Assembly (NCBI RefSeq): GCF_004010195.1
Contig: NC_057720.1
Location: 27,715,473 to 27,779,472 of the forward strand
Direction of reading: 5' to 3'
DNA from: Chiloscyllium plagiosum
Lineage: Eukaryota
DNA length: 64,000 nt
Made by a program: the position numbers and the translations under genes. The notes beneath the pieces are model-generated. The model worked only from the letters and a program-made list of their open reading frames with translations. It had not been told where the DNA came from and searched no databases. The first letter of the stretch is position 1. Each line of letters starts with the position of its first letter. Positions 24,401 to 38,269 of the stretch are shown here, piece by piece.

Positions 24401-25114
24401 CGAGACATTAACATCTCTACATTTAAAAGTCCTAAAAGACACTGGCACTGGCCCACACCTTTTCTTTTAGCAAGTCTAAAGTGCATACTCTGCATTCTGA
24501 GCAGAGTATCCTGTAAGGGTACCTATCTTTCACTTCTTAGAGACAGCTGTAAATTTTAAATGGTCATCATTTCTGTCAAATATTTATAAGCAAAGCCCTA
24601 CTTGGCTCCACTCCTGCCCCATGAAAATTGGAAGTGCTATTTTTGTAGGTAGAACTTGTGATTTTAGTCCACTTCGAACATTTTCTTAACTGTAGAGACT
24701 CCTCTTCATGATGGAAATTTGGATTTTGAAGTAGAAAAGAGTTTGTACAATATACTGCTCCTCTGAATATGGCTAGAGTCTTGAACAGGAATGTTCCTTT
24801 AAGCAAAGCAACTTTCAAAACAAAAACACATCAGCCCAAACACTGTTGCAATTTAGCAGTACTGTAAAATGCCAGTTGAGAAGCTGGTGTTCAGTCTATG
24901 CTCTGCTTGTAATGGTTACTCTGTTGGCAGAAATTTGGTGTATTAATGTTGCCAAATCATTGCAAGTGTTTATACTTCAGTAGTAAGAAGAAAACTAGAC
25001 TGAGATTTTCCTCAGCAGTTAATTCTCAACCTTGTCCATTTCTGTCTAATTAATTATATAATGTTTTTGTATGTTTTACTTAATTAATTGAACTAGCTCT
25101 TCATTTATTCATAG

Positions 25115-25279
<165 letters not shown>

Positions 25280-25384
25280 TGAATTCTGAAAATAACAGGT
25301 TTCCTGATAATCATTTGACTTAAAGTTATCCAGGTGGTAAAGATCAGTATTCCGTGAGATTATTAGGACTATTGACTTTTTCAA

Positions 25385-26090
25385 ACTGGAGTCCTGTGAC
25401 CAGTGGAGTGCCACGAGGATCGGTGCTGGGTACTCTACTACTTTGTCATTTACATAAATGATTTGGATGCGAGCATAAGAGGTATGCTTAGTAAGTTTGC
25501 AGATGACACCAAAATTGGAGGTGTGGTGGGCAGCGAAGAATGTTATCTCAGATTACAACGGAATCTTGATCAGATGGGCCATTGGGCTGAGAAGTGGCAG
25601 ATGGGGGTTAATTCAGATAAATGCGAGGTGCTGCATTTTGGGAAAGCAAATCTTAGCAGGACGTATCCACTTAATGGTAAGGTCCTAGGGAGTGTTGTTG
25701 AACAAAGATACCTTGGAGTGCAGGTTCATAGCTCCTTGAAAGTAGAGTCGCAGTTAGATAGGGTAGAGAAGAAGGTGTTTGGTAGGCTTTCCTTTATTGG
25801 TCAGGAGTTGGGAGGTCATGTTGCAGCTGTACAGGTAATTGGTTAGGCCACTGTTGGAATATTGCATGCAATTCTGGTCTTCTTCCTATTGGAAAGATGT
25901 TGTGAAAGGGTTCAGAAAAGATTGACAAGGATGTTGCCAGGGTTGGAGGATTTGAGCTGTAGGAAGAGCCTGAGCAGGCAGGTGCTGTTTTCCCTGGAGT
26001 ATCGGAGGCTGAGGAGTGACCTTATAGAGGTTTACAAAGGAGGGCATGGAAGGGTCTGTTTCCATGTTGTACATCTCTATAACTCTATGA
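25385..26090 (+). mobile_element. CR1 LINE 3' RT fragment
   Basis: FVIYINDLD...SKFADDTKIGG...KCEVLHFG. Confidence 0.9.
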
Positions 26091-26424
26091 CTGATGTAGG
26101 TTTGTCATTAATGTGCATATCCAAAATTATAGGAAGTTTGGAAGTAGTTGGTTAACTTGCAGAAAACACTTCTCATAGAAGACCAGGATCTTATGTGAAT
26201 TGGAAGGAAATCTCCTATAGTATTAGTGCACCATAATTGATTTGGCAGTTTCATTGCTCTTGAGCAGCCTCAAATTTAGAACATAGTTTTGTTTAAGCTG
26301 TTAACCTGGCTTGTGCGTTCTTGATCCATAATACAGTTGTACCGAACCATTAAAATTTCTGTCAAAATGTTTATGGCATTATTACATGGCTCCAACTATC
26401 TTTGTTTCACTGTCCTCTATCCAG

Positions 26425-26702
26425 TGCTCGTGCCGGAAGGATATGGTAAAAATTTCGATGGATGTTTTTGTGCGCAAATTTCAGCCTGAACGTTACAAGT
26501 TGTGGAAAGTAGGAAAAGATACCATTTTCATTGACCACACACGAGCCACTCCAGAAGCAGTTGAATTTCTTGGTGGAGAATTAAACTCTGTAACTGCAAA
26601 GAGTTTGAAGGACCGGGATGCTGATACTGCTGAAAAGGAATCGCATGACAAACTTGAAAAAGAAGTATCCACGCAGCAGGATGATGGTGATGAAATAAAA
26701 AG
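26425..26702 (+). CDS. KDM4A: KDM4A coding exon 8
   Basis: [28 protein letters not shown]...DDGDEIK; tatccAG / GTGAAA; phase 2 fits next exon. Confidence 0.93.
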
Positions 26703-27926
26703 GTGAAACATTTGTTCACTGCATGTATCTGTCCAATGCTAAACTGGCAAACTCCATATACTGTTATAATGTGGGGAAATGTTGCTAACTTTGTTAATAC
26801 TGCTTTTTTTTTTGTTGAACATGACATTCTGTTTGAAGAAAGAAAAATAACGTTAGTCTTGGCCTAGGGACAGTGATTATCTTTTCAAGGAATGCTGCTT
26901 ATTAGTTTGTAAGCTGGTGTGTATTATCCTTTGGTTCAAATCTTGACATGAATTTCTTTTTCATATCATGGAATCAATTTTCATTTGAATCATCAAGCTT
27001 TGTTGCAATGGGATTTACTCGGTTTATTTCTGTAAAGAGAAAAATAATTTCTGCATGATATTATGAGCGTTTATTCAAAGTAGCTTAGTTATCAAATCAA
27101 GATACTGACACAGCAATTCCGGTTATCTATAATTTGAATTTTCTATTAATAGTCATCTTAAACCTAGAATAAGGTGTTGCACGTTGGAGGCAGTGGATGC
27201 AGAATCTTCGGATATTTTTAAGGAAGATGTAGATAGATTCTTGTTAACCAAGTAGATGAAACATTGTCATTGATGTGCAAGAATATACAGTTGAGTTTAA
27301 AATCAGCTCCGCTATGAATGTGTTGAAAGGCAGACAAGTCTCTAAAGGCCAGTAGACTACTCTTGTTCCATGGTCATATTTTTAAATACTCTTTAGCATA
27401 TGTTTATTTGACATTTTAGTGACAGATGTGTTAACGTGTTATCTTACATAGGAGCAATATTTTAACAAGTAGATAGAAATAATTTAATCACGCATTACAG
27501 TAGACTATGTGATCAGAATGTACTGAAAAATTGTTTTTTTTTGAGCTGTCATGGGATAAGTCTCAAGTTCTTTTATACCATTAAATGTGTTAATGCAGCT
27601 AAGGAACTGCAGATTGGCAATAACCATAAATTTGTCAACACCAAAATATTGAAGCTAGTGAAGTTATTGATCTGTACAGCACAAATCCATTTGGCAAGTA
27701 TCCACTATAATGTTTTACGTGGTGGGACCCGTTAACTCAGATAAGAAACAATACCTAGAAAATTAGACTAGCTGTGGAAAGTAAAAGAAGGACGTTGGTG
27801 GAATGCAACCAAAAAACAAGTTGACTTTATAGTTCAGTATGGAATGGAATTTTTTTTTCTCTGTTTATAGACATCAATAGATATCTAGTGTGCTTTATCT
27901 GATGATTACTGTCTTTCATTAACCAG

Positions 27927-28135
27927 TCCAATACAGCATCGAATCGGAGCAAAAAGGCACAAAGTTTGTCTTGAGCTGCCGCAGGAAGTGAATGAAAATA
28001 CTGCCATTCTGAAGGAAAGTGAAGGGAGTAATCCTGTTCCACAAAGCGAATCTGGAGACTCTAAGGGAGTCATGAAAAAGGATAAGGAGGAATTTAGTAA
28101 AGTGGTGGGTGACAGTGCTGATGTAGGTGTTCAAG
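27927..28135 (+). CDS. KDM4A: KDM4A coding exon 9 (linker)
   Basis: SPIQHRIGAKRHKVCLELPQEVNE...DVGVQ; aaccAG / GTATGT; phases 2/1 fit neighbours. Confidence 0.9.
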
Positions 28136-28819
28136 GTATGTTTTTGTAGAAACGATTTTAGTTTTTTTACCTTTTCGCATCTTTCAGGAGAGATAACAAC
28201 ATGATTGTATAATGCTGGTTGATAACTTTTTTAACTTTGTTAATTTCTATGCACAAATCAAGCCTATTACCTGCTATTGTTTTCTTGGAGAGATGGGGCC
28301 AAATTTGACAGGCAACCTCCAGGTATAAATTTAAGGGATTTTCTTCATGCAACCCACCAGTCTGTAATTTCACAAGCAACAAGGAAACATAAGTGGGTTG
28401 CCCATCTGTGGCCCAATAGACCTTTTAGGGTGCAGATAAGGCCTTCTGTAGCTTGAGGATTGCTGGAGAGACCAGAAAGTTTAACCTGTGAATTGGCTGA
28501 TAAAGGAGAGAAGAGAACCAGTGCATATTAGAGGAAGTTCTCCATATCTGTTCCTCTCCCTCAGTGGGACACCAGTAAAACTTAAATAGTATGTCAATGT
28601 CCAGATGCATCTCTGAAATTAACTACATGCATTGTTCCTACTGACCTCAAATTGGCCTGGACCATGATGAAGCAGGTCATCCTGCACACTGAAGTCTCTC
28701 CTTTACATTAATTTTCAAAGACCAATGCCCAACAATTTAAAGTGGGGTGAACAGACTGAGTTTTCATGTGTGGGACATGGACATTGTTGACTGGTTAGCA
28801 TTTATTGTCTGACCGATAG

Positions 28820-30410
28820 TTGCCCTTTAAGGTGATGGTGAGCTCACTCCTTGAACCTCTATGATCTGTATTCTGTAGGTAGACTGACTATGCTGTTGGG
28901 GAGGGAATTCCAGGACTTTGACCGGGTGACAGTAAAGGAATGCTAATATAATTCCACGTGAGGGTGGTGAGTGACTTGGAAGGAAACGTACAGGTGGTGA
29001 TGTTCCCAAGTATCTGCTTCCCCCATCCTTTCAGATGGTAGTGGTCATGGGTTTCGAAGATGTTGTCTAAGGATTTCTGCAGAGAAGCTTCTAGCTAGTG
29101 CTTACTCTAAATGTTGGTGGTGGAGGGAGTGAATGTTTGTGGATGTGATGCCAGTCAAGCAGGTTACTTTGAGTATTGTTGGAGCTGCATCCATCCAGGC
29201 AAGTAGGGAGTATTCCATCACACTCCTGACTTGTACAGTATGGATAGTAGATAGGCTTTGGGGAGTCAGGAGGTATGTTTGCCACTGTAGTATTCCTAAC
29301 CCCTGGCTTGTTCTTGTAGCCACTGTATTTCTATTGAGAGTCCAGATCAGTTTGTGGTCAATGCTAACTCCCAAGATGATAATGCGGGATTCACTGGCAC
29401 TGAATTTCAAGGGCTCTTGGTTAGATTGTCCCTTTCTTGGAAATGGTCATTGCGTGGTATTTGTGCTGCATGAATGTTACTTGCCTGTTTTAAGCCCAAG
29501 CCTGGATAATGCCCAGTTCTTTTTACTTTTGAACATGGGCTGCTTCAGTATCTGAAGAGTCACAAATGGTACTGGGCATTGTGCAGTCATTAGTGAACAT
29601 TACGACTTCTGATCTTTACAGTGGAGGGAAGGTAAGAAGGTTGGGCCTTGGACTGTACCCTGAGCAACTCTTGCAGATATCCTGGAGCGGAAATGACTGA
29701 ACTCCAACAACTACAACTGACAATGTGTATAGGGTATAAGCAGGCAGGGAAAGAGTAAAGTTCTGAGTTTTGTGAAAAGAGGTTCAGCTGAGCATGACTC
29801 AGATCAGATAAAAACTTACCTCTAACACTCCATTGTTAAATGTATGGGAAATGGGTTAACAAGGTACAAAAGCAGTCATTATATAGAGACATTTAACGAT
29901 ATTAGAAGCATGTAAGGTCAGCTAACAAGGGAAAAAGTATCCATTGTATGAATCCAATAAACAAGGTTAAGAACATTCTTTGTATAACAGTAAAGTGCTT
30001 GATCTCTGCTATTGATACTCGTTGATTGTAACAGTCACCCAATTAATAAATATGTTGCCTTATCTAGATGCTTCTCCCTGTAAAATGATTATATAGTTCA
30101 TAGAGAAACCCTTGTTCAAGAGAAGACCGGGAACCCATGTTCCTGCGCACATGGGCGATTGTTCTCTCTCCCTCCAGGGCCCAGAATAAAGATGAAGGAG
30201 GTAAAACTATACTGTGTCTCTGAGCATTTTGCTTTGACTGAGGGGGAGAAACTGGATGACACAACTATGTTCCTGTGTGCCAGGTATGATTCCAAACAGT
30301 GAAGAGTTTTCCCCTGATTTCCATTGATTCTAGTTTTGCTAGGGCATCCTTGATGCCACACTCTGACAAATGCGATCTTGACATCAAGGACTGTTATACT
30401 CTCTAACATG
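28820..30410 (-). mobile_element. Second CR1/L2-group LINE family fragment, split by a solo LTR
   Basis: LDVKIAFVRVWHQG, LGVSIDHKLIW, QVRSVMEYS; related plus-strand copies at 31880-32960 and 38760-39460. Confidence 0.75.
29718..30261 (+). mobile_element. Solo LTR (544 bp)
   Basis: TG...CA termini (TGACA...TGACA); 4-bp TSD CAAC at 29714-29717 and 30262-30265; AATAAA 30185-30190; host LINE resumes on both sides. Confidence 0.75.
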
Positions 30411-31342
30411 GAGATGGCCTTAGCCCTGAACTTTATGGCTGAGCGTAGAGTGAAAGCAAGCTTTCTATGATATTTGGGGAGGTTGCAGGCACTGTTGAAT
30501 AGTGGGCAGAAACAGAATTCCAAGTTCCTCATCCCAATTCTTTTCTTCCTAGAGGAATATTGAGTGCCAACTGTCATTGGCCTTTAGTTCTTCACATCAC
30601 TTTCCCAACTGAAATTGGAATATCCCACATACTAGTAATTTCTGGTCTTAGGATTGAAGACTGAAGGCCTTTGTACAGTAGGAGACTAGGTATTTTAGTA
30701 ACAAAGTGAACAGGCTTCCACGGTACAGTTTGGAAGAAGAATTAATGTTTACAATTGTTAGTTATGTTTAGCAAATGCTGGGAAATCCAACAGTGAAAAG
30801 GAGTCTCTCTTTTTTTAAGGCAGTGATCCTTCGCTCTCTTCCACCGTCACTTGATGATGCCCTACTTCCTATCATTGTTGATCATGCTTATCCTTGAGAA
30901 TACTGTCCCTCTACATCCAGCCATTATGACAATGTTCCCAACCCCAATTGCTAACATGAGCCCCTGACTTTGGCTTCCTGCAGCTGATATGTCACTTTTG
31001 GCTAGCTGTTAGTGAAATGTGGCAAAAAAATTCAATTGGACCTCCACATTATCTGCCAACTGCCTTTGGCTGTTTCTGGTCTCCTTTGAATGTCCGGAGA
31101 AGTATTGGAGTTTTTGATTCGGTTCCATGGCCTGGAATGGAGATAATCATAAATGTTGTAAAGCACTTGCATATCATGTTTGAAATAACAATATAATACA
31201 AATCAAATAAGTGTTGTGAAATACTGCTAATGTATTTTACTGTTGAACATATTCTACTTTACAGAATGCACATTGTTTATTAAAGTCACTTTTTTTTTAG
31301 TTTATAAGCTATTTAATTCCATTTTTTTTGTTGTTGTTGCAG

Positions 31343-31656
31343 AATCAGCTCCAGCACAAATTGAGCCACACGTTGAAAATGCTCCACGGGAAGAGAAGCT
31401 TACATTGAAGCGAACCATGTCCAGCTCAGTAGACACGCCTGTTACTGTGTTAAACTTCTCTGTGACCACTCCATCCCAAAATATTCCTAGCCCACTTGTG
31501 AAATCATTTGAATCCAGTTCATCTGAATCAGAGATGACAAGCACTCAGGGCTCAAGCCAAGAAAGTGCATCAGAGGACTCTGATAATAGTCCAGACTGGA
31601 ACGAGCCAATTAAGACAAATGTTGGAACTAGCCTCAATGAACAGGATCTTGCAGAG
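31343..31656 (+). CDS. KDM4A: KDM4A coding exon 10 (Ser-rich linker)
   Basis: ESAPAQIEPH...SSSSESE...TSLNEQDLAE; gttgcAG / GTATTC; phases 1/0 fit neighbours. Confidence 0.88.
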
Positions 31657-31879
31657 GTATTCATACATCAAATATTTTCATAATGCTTGGAGGTGCTTCC
31701 CCTTTTCTGTCTGTAGAAAATGTCACTATTCTATAATGCAGTAAGTATGATTGTGAAGGGGAAAAATAAGAAATGACAAATAAGTATAAAGGTGGCTTAA
31801 ACTTAAGAATAAAGCGGTTACATGCTCCTTGGAAAGTAAGCATCTTAATCACGTAGAGGAACAGAAGAATCTGGAAGAA

Positions 31880-32960
31880 CAGAAGTGAGAGGTACTGTCA
31901 TTGACATCGAGACAGTATTTGATATGGCATCAAGGATCCCTAGCAAAACTAAAGTCAATGCAAATTGAGGAGGAAAACACTCTGGTAATTGTCATATCTT
32001 GAAGGTAGTTGCAGTTGTTGGGGTTCTTCATCCAAGCCTCAGAATATAACTATAGGACTTCCTCAGTCTTGCATCCAACCATCTTCAGCTGCTTCATCAA
32101 AGACATTCACTCTGTCATAAGATGGGAAGTTGGAATGTTGACTGTGTAGTAAATTTTCAGCACCACTCGTGACATCTCAGATACTGAATCTATGCCCATG
32201 TGTAGCAAGACCTGGAAAACATCCAGGATTGGTCTGACAAGTGGCAAGAAACATTTACGCCACGAGTACCAAGCAACAATAGACATGGAAATATTTAGCA
32301 CGGAAACAGACCATTCGGTCCAACTCGTCCATGCCAACCAGATAACCCAATCCAATCTAGTCCCACCTGCCAGCGTCACTTTCAACAAGAGGTAATCTAA
32401 CCATCCCCTGCCTCCATGATTTTCAATGACATTACTGTTAGTGAGTCTCCCATTGTCAATATCTTGTGAGTTAGTCTTGAACACAAACTGAACTGGACCA
32501 ACTAGATAAATATGGTGAGTAATTCTCTTCCTATCTCCCGAATGCTTGTCTGCTATCATTAAGGTAAGTATAAAGGATGTGATTGAAAACTAATAAGTGT
32601 CAGGAAGAGTACAGCTCCAGCAAGACTCCAAGCTTGATGCATCCACTACTGACACACAGTGGCAGTAGTGTGTACCATCCACAAGATGCACTGCAGTAAC
32701 TCACCATGACTCCGCCCATAGCACCTTTCAAACCTGTGACCTCTGCCACTCAGAAGGACAAAGGCATAAAATGTATGGGAACACCACCTGTGAGTTCACC
32801 TCCAAAACACACACAACCCAAGCATGGAACTATGTTGTGTCATAGTTGCGAATTTAAAATTCTGGGATTTCCTTCCCAGTAGCAATGTTGAGTGTTCCTA
32901 CAACCTAAGACTTCAGTGGTTCAAGAAAACAGCTCAGCACACCTTCTCCAGGCACTAGAG
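31880..32960 (+). mobile_element. CR1/L2-group LINE fragment (diverged)
   Basis: Opposite-strand relative of 28820-30410; short CR1 tail nested at ~32280-32372. Confidence 0.7.
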
Positions 32961-33454
32961 CCCACCTCCCAAACCTTTTCAAAAAAATTGAATTTGTAAT
33001 GTAATGACATCTGTCAGTAAGGCCATTTAAAGGTATAGAACGAATTGAAGGTCATTTTGTGAGTACAGATTTAAAAGCAGAAGTTAGTCTGCATGCTCAT
33101 ACAAAAGCCAGGTTTACTTGACAGTTTTCTTTATCAAAATGCCAAAGAGCTTAACTTTTACACAAGTAATGTTTTTAAGAAGTTGAAATCCATTCTGTCC
33201 TAACATTTCATGATCTTAGTTATCATATTGAAAACTGCTCCTGACAACTGCTGCCACCAAAAGGAAGGTGAGGTTGACTCCAGAAGTGAGCAGGTAGCAA
33301 GTATGAGGGTTGGAGTTTCTGGCTAATAGTCAGGAGTTTGACTTTTAAATAAGGTGTACTGTTACACTCATACCCTGTGAATACAGTATGTTTATATTTA
33401 GAGTCTTGGTTATACCACACTGGAATACTTATGTGCTCTAATTTTAAATGATGA

Positions 33455-34060
33455 AGGCCTTTATTGGTCAGAATATTGAGTATAGGAGGTGAAAGGTCAT
33501 GTTGCAGCTGTACAGGCCATTGGTTAGGCCACTGTTGGAACATTGTGTGCAGTTCTGGTCACCTTCCTGTTGGAAAGATTGAAACTTGAAAGGGTTCAGA
33601 AGAGATTTACAAGAATATTGCCAGGGTTGGAGGATTTGAGGTATAGGGAGAGGATGAACAGGCTGGGGCTGTTTTTCCGGAGCATTGGAGGCTGAGGGTT
33701 GACCTTACACAGATTTATAAAATCATGAGGGGCATGGATAGGATAAATAGACAAAGTCTTTTTCCTGGGGTGGGGGAGTCCAGAACTAGTGGGCATAGGT
33801 TTAGGGTGAGAGCGATAAGATATAAAGGAGACCTAAGGGGCAACTTTTTCATGCAGAGGGTGATACATGTATGGAATGAGCTGCCAGAGGAAGTGGTGGA
33901 GATTAGTACAATTGCAACATTTAAAAGACATTTGGATGGGTATTTGAATAGGGAGGAATATGGGCCGGGTGCTGGCAGGTGGGACTAGATTGGTTTGGGA
34001 TATCTGGTCGGCATGGACAGGTTGGACCAAAGGGTCTGTTTCAGTATTGTACATATCTGA
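33455..34060 (+). mobile_element. CR1 LINE 3' fragment
   Basis: LVRPLLEHCVQFWSP...MRGMDRINRQSLFP...WNELPEEVV and 3' UTR. Confidence 0.9.
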
Positions 34061-34521
34061 CTGGAGAAGGTGCAAGAAAAACTTGTGTGGAATAGTGCCA
34101 AAACTGAGAGGGCATACTGATAATTGAATAGGCTTTGAATCTCTTCTGTAGAGAACAGTAGGTTGTGGAGTAACCTGACGGAGGGCTTTAGGATTAAGAA
34201 AATATTTGAACAAATAGGTATGAAGGTGATATTACTACTTGCAGGTGGACACCAGAACAAGGTGCCACAAATATAACATGGTCATAATGAATCAGTAGAG
34301 AACTTGGGAAACTTCTCTCTCTGGGAAGTGATTAGCATATGCAATTCCTTGTCACAAGAATAGTTGAGAAATCTCGGATTCCTTTGAGAGTTAACTACAT
34401 GTTTGGAAAAGAACAAAACAAAATCCGGAGAGTGAATGGGGACTTGGGTGGACTGCAGTCTGAAGCATATTCCTGACTTTCCAGTCACCTGTCAGTTTGA
34501 TTCTCTGCTCCACCTCCACTC

Positions 34522-34750
34522 TAGAGAAGGTGAGGACTGCAGATGCTGGAGATCCGAGTCGAGAGCGTGCTGCTGGAAAAGCACAGCAGGTCAGGCACAA
34601 TCCAAGGAGCAAGAAAAAAATCGATGTTTCAGGCAGAAGTTCCCAATGAATGGCTTATGCCCGAAACATTTTTTTTTTAAAACCTCTGCTCCTCAGATGT
34701 TGCCTGACCTGCTGTGCCTTTCCAGCACCACACTCTCAACTCCATTTTCA
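34522..34750. mobile_element. Short fold-back PLE-terminus insertion with degenerate hammerhead
   Basis: Inverted arms (TGCTGGAAAAGCACAGCAGGTCAGGCA / TGCCTGACCTGCTGTGCCTTTCCAGCA); GGCTTATGCCCGAAAC remnant. Confidence 0.72.
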
Positions 34751-35424
34751 CTCTGACCTCTCTGCTCTGCTACTCTGATCCAGTGAAGCTGAACTGCAGC
34801 TAAAGGCACAGCACAGGTTAACCAATTTCAGCTTGTAAACTGTATTTTTTTTGTATTATTAGATGACAGCTGTTAATGATGCTGCATTTGCACCTCTAGA
34901 CATCTCTCATTTTGTTTATTTTCCTTGTCTCAATGGTAACATTGCACTATTATACCTTCTGTCCATTTAATTTCTCCTGCCTTGCACCCTCTCTCAAATC
35001 TTTCCTTTGGTTTTCTCCTTGTGTTCCATTTCCAGCTTGTACTTGGCATAAAACTGGTTGCATCTAATGTTTCCGTTTTGACAAAAGATAATTGACATGA
35101 AACCTTAGAGTCTTTAACTTTGTTTTCTTCTCTGTCCGCATTTCCAGTTTTTAAAACAAGCTTTTAAGCTGTTGACCTTAACTTTAGGTGTTAGTGTGTT
35201 TCAGAGCATATTTTGTTATGGGTAAGTTTTTATAGTGATTAGAACTCTGTGGCGATCATAATATTTTCATAGTAATCATGTTAGCATTATCGACGTAACA
35301 AGATGAAGCTCACAGAGGCTTTGCGCAGAAGATTGGGCAATTTGCACTGAACAGAAACAATGCTAAAATGTCATCCTGTTCTTCAAATGGATAATGAGAG
35401 ATCTACTGTTCTGTTCTTCCGCAG

Positions 35425-35548
35425 ATGGCTGAGCAGTACATGAAAGAAATGAAATCCAAAAAGAAAGCCAAGAGTCGGCGGCAGCCTCTTAGTAAACCAC
35501 CACGACATCATCCGCTTTCTGTGGTAAAGGACTACATTAGTGACGAAG
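35425..35548 (+). CDS. KDM4A: KDM4A coding exon 11
   Basis: MAEQYMKEMKSKKKAKSRRQPLSKPPRHHPLSVVKDYISDE; ttccgcAG / GTATGT. Confidence 0.92.
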
Positions 35549-36241
35549 GTATGTAAGCAAGTTAGAATATGCAGCTATAGTCAAGAGGCTTTATTGTTGA
35601 AGGCTTATCGAGGACTGCATTCTACATAACTAGTGGATATCTGGTGTTGAGTATGTAGCAACATTTTTGAAAATTTGGTACCACCGTTTGTAGGCAACAA
35701 ATGATATCTCAAACTATGCATTGGTGCCTAAATGAAATCATGGATAAAATATGTTGCAGAAAACTAAAACTTGTAAAAGCAGTCAGGCTTTTTCAGCTTT
35801 TATTTAACCTGTAAAACTATACTGCAAGTGAAAAGTAGAACTTGTTTTATTTTGTTAGCATAACATATGCTATATCTGTTGACTGAAAGCTTAAATCTCA
35901 AAAGAACTTTTAAGGAGTCAGTGTGCATCTTTGAAAGTACTGTGATAGAGCATTTTCACTGATATGTGCAGCAAAATAGTACTCAGGACGTGAAAGAGCA
36001 CGATAAAATTTGGGAGAGGGAAGAAGGATCCTGATGTGGCACACTTGTTACAGTTTGTGCAAAACTAATTGGGGATAATTATTGAAATGAAAAAGGAATG
36101 GACTGCTAGAAGCAAATAAAGTTGGAAAATGTGATGGCAGGAGCATTGTAGTTCAATTTTTTTTCTGCTTCCACTTGATCGTATTGAATAGGCATTGATT
36201 GTATTGGACTTAATTTTTACTAAAACCATTTTTTTTAACAG

Positions 36242-36420
36242 AAATGCCAGACCTGTTGTCAGTCGAAGATGACCCTATGGAGTCAGAACCATGGGCAAAG
36301 CCACTTGCACATCTGTGGCAAAACCGGCCCCAGAACTTCCTTGCAGAACGAGAATACAACTGCATAGTGGCACAGCAGATACCTTACTGCTCAATTTGTG
36401 CACTCTTCCAGTCATACCAG
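36242..36420 (+). CDS. KDM4A: KDM4A coding exon 12
   Basis: EMPDLLSVEDDPMESEPWAKPLAHLWQNRPQNFLAEREYN...YCSICALFQSYQ; tttaacAG / GTTTTG. Confidence 0.93.
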
Positions 36421-37216
36421 GTTTTGATACTTTTCATTTACCCCTCCAGTGTTTGTATTTGAACTGAAGCTTTCTTTTTAAAATCATTGTGAATGGTTAC
36501 TTTAGGTAAGAGATTTAAATTGTATTGAAAAAAGCTAAAAACCAATTCAGATTTAAGAAAAGCTTTGTAGAATGACTGGATTGTGAAAAATGTAACCATT
36601 TTGGTTCTAAACTAAATTGTGAATATATTTTGGTGAGTTTCTAAATGGTCTTTGCAATTCACTTTGCAAAATCTTCCCTGAATTAATTTGCATTTGGTGT
36701 TCAAAAATTGTCGTTGGTTTAGAATCAAATTGTTGCAGTGGATATTGAAACACTGGAGCAGGAGTAGACCATTCAAGCTTCTCTGCCATTCCGTATGATC
36801 ATGGCTAATCATCCAATTCAGTATCCTGTTCCCACTTTCTCCCCATACCCTTTGATCTCTTTAGTCCTAAGAATTTTATCTGACTCCTTCAAAACATTGT
36901 TTTGGTCTCAATCACTTGCTGTGGTAGAGAATTCAACAAACTCATCACACTGAGTGAAGACATTTCTCTCCTCTCTGTCCTAAATGACCTTAGACTGTGA
37001 CTCCTGGTTCTGGACTCCTCTGTCATTTGGAACATCTTAACAGGGTAAACAGTATCTTCATAGGTTTCTATGAGAACCCCCAACCTGCCCTGAAAATTGA
37101 CTGGTAATTTGAACAAAAAAACTTGTCTTGAGAGATTCTGCTTAATTTAATGATCTTTTTGTCTTTAGCTATGTTTCTTTTACTTTATTGACAGCTTCCT
37201 TTCTTCAATTTAATAG

Positions 37217-37433
37217 GTAGATTGTGAAGGTGGTCAGGGTTCCAGAAATAAAAGCCAATCTTTGGATGCGAGCAAACCCAGAAACCAAATGAAAAGCAAG
37301 CCATTGGTTCCAGAGATGTGCTTCACATCTGGAAGTGACCATGTAGACCTAACTCTTCCCACTTCTTATGTCGATGAAGATGGAATGAGCATTCTTGTAA
37401 CATGTGCAAAGTGCTGTGTATGTGTTCATGCAA
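37217..37433 (+). CDS. KDM4A: KDM4A coding exon 13 (PHD1 start)
   Basis: VDCEGG...KSKPLVPEMCFTS...EDGMSILVTCAKCCVCVHAS; taatAG / GTAAGT. Confidence 0.94.
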
Positions 37434-37751
37434 GTAAGTGTTATCTGGGCACTTTCAATAGAAGGAGGAGGGGGATTGGAAGGAGTTTTTTTAACAGGTG
37501 TGTTCTCCCTAATTTACCAAGCAATTTTATACTTCAATCAACATCACTAAAAAAAATCATATCCCATTGCTGTGAGACCTTGCTGTGTGTAAATTGGCTA
37601 CTCATTGCAGATAGTAAGATACATGTTTTGTAATTACAGCATGTTGTGAGCCTTTTTGGAGCATCCTGAGGATGTATGATGCTCTAAAATTGCAAGTTCT
37701 TCCTTTGCATACTGGTGGCTAGTTGTCTGCTGAATTTGGAATTCTTAACTA

Positions 37752-38269
37752 CAGGTTGTTCTTCTATAATGTGATGGTTGCGTTCTTTAGAAACAGCGTT
37801 TAAAGTGTTGACAATGTAATCAGTTTTAGATTAGATTAGATTTAGATTACAGTGTAGAAACAGGCCCTTCGGCCCAACAAGTCCACACCGACCCGCCGAA
37901 GCGAAACCAGCCCATGCCCCTACATTTACCCCTTACCTAACACTACGGGCAATTTAGTATGGCCAATTCACCTGACCCTGCACATCTTTGTGATGTGGGA
38001 GGAAACCGGAGCACCCGGAGGAAACCCACGCAGACACTGGGAGAACGTGCAAACTCCACACAGTCAGTCGCCTGAGGCGGGAATTGAACCCGGGTCTCTG
38101 GCGCTGTGAGGCAGCAGTGCTAACCACTGTGCCACCGTGCCGCCCACAACACAGTTATAGCCAACACACATTTTAAAAGTTTAATGTTTTAGAAACAGTG
38201 TTCCCAATTCATCAATCATGTTACAGCAAATTCACATTAACAAAATGTGCATTATAGCAGATTGACCTG
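37752..38269. mobile_element. MITE related to 15015-15239, interrupted by a SINE
   Basis: TA|CAGGTTGTTCTTCTATAATG ... CATTATAGCAGATTGACCTG. Confidence 0.6.
37826..38145 (-). mobile_element. HE1-like SINE, young full-length copy
   Basis: Minus strand GGGCGGCACGGTGGCACAGTGGTTAGCACT..., CpGs retained, TAATC tail. Confidence 0.93.
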
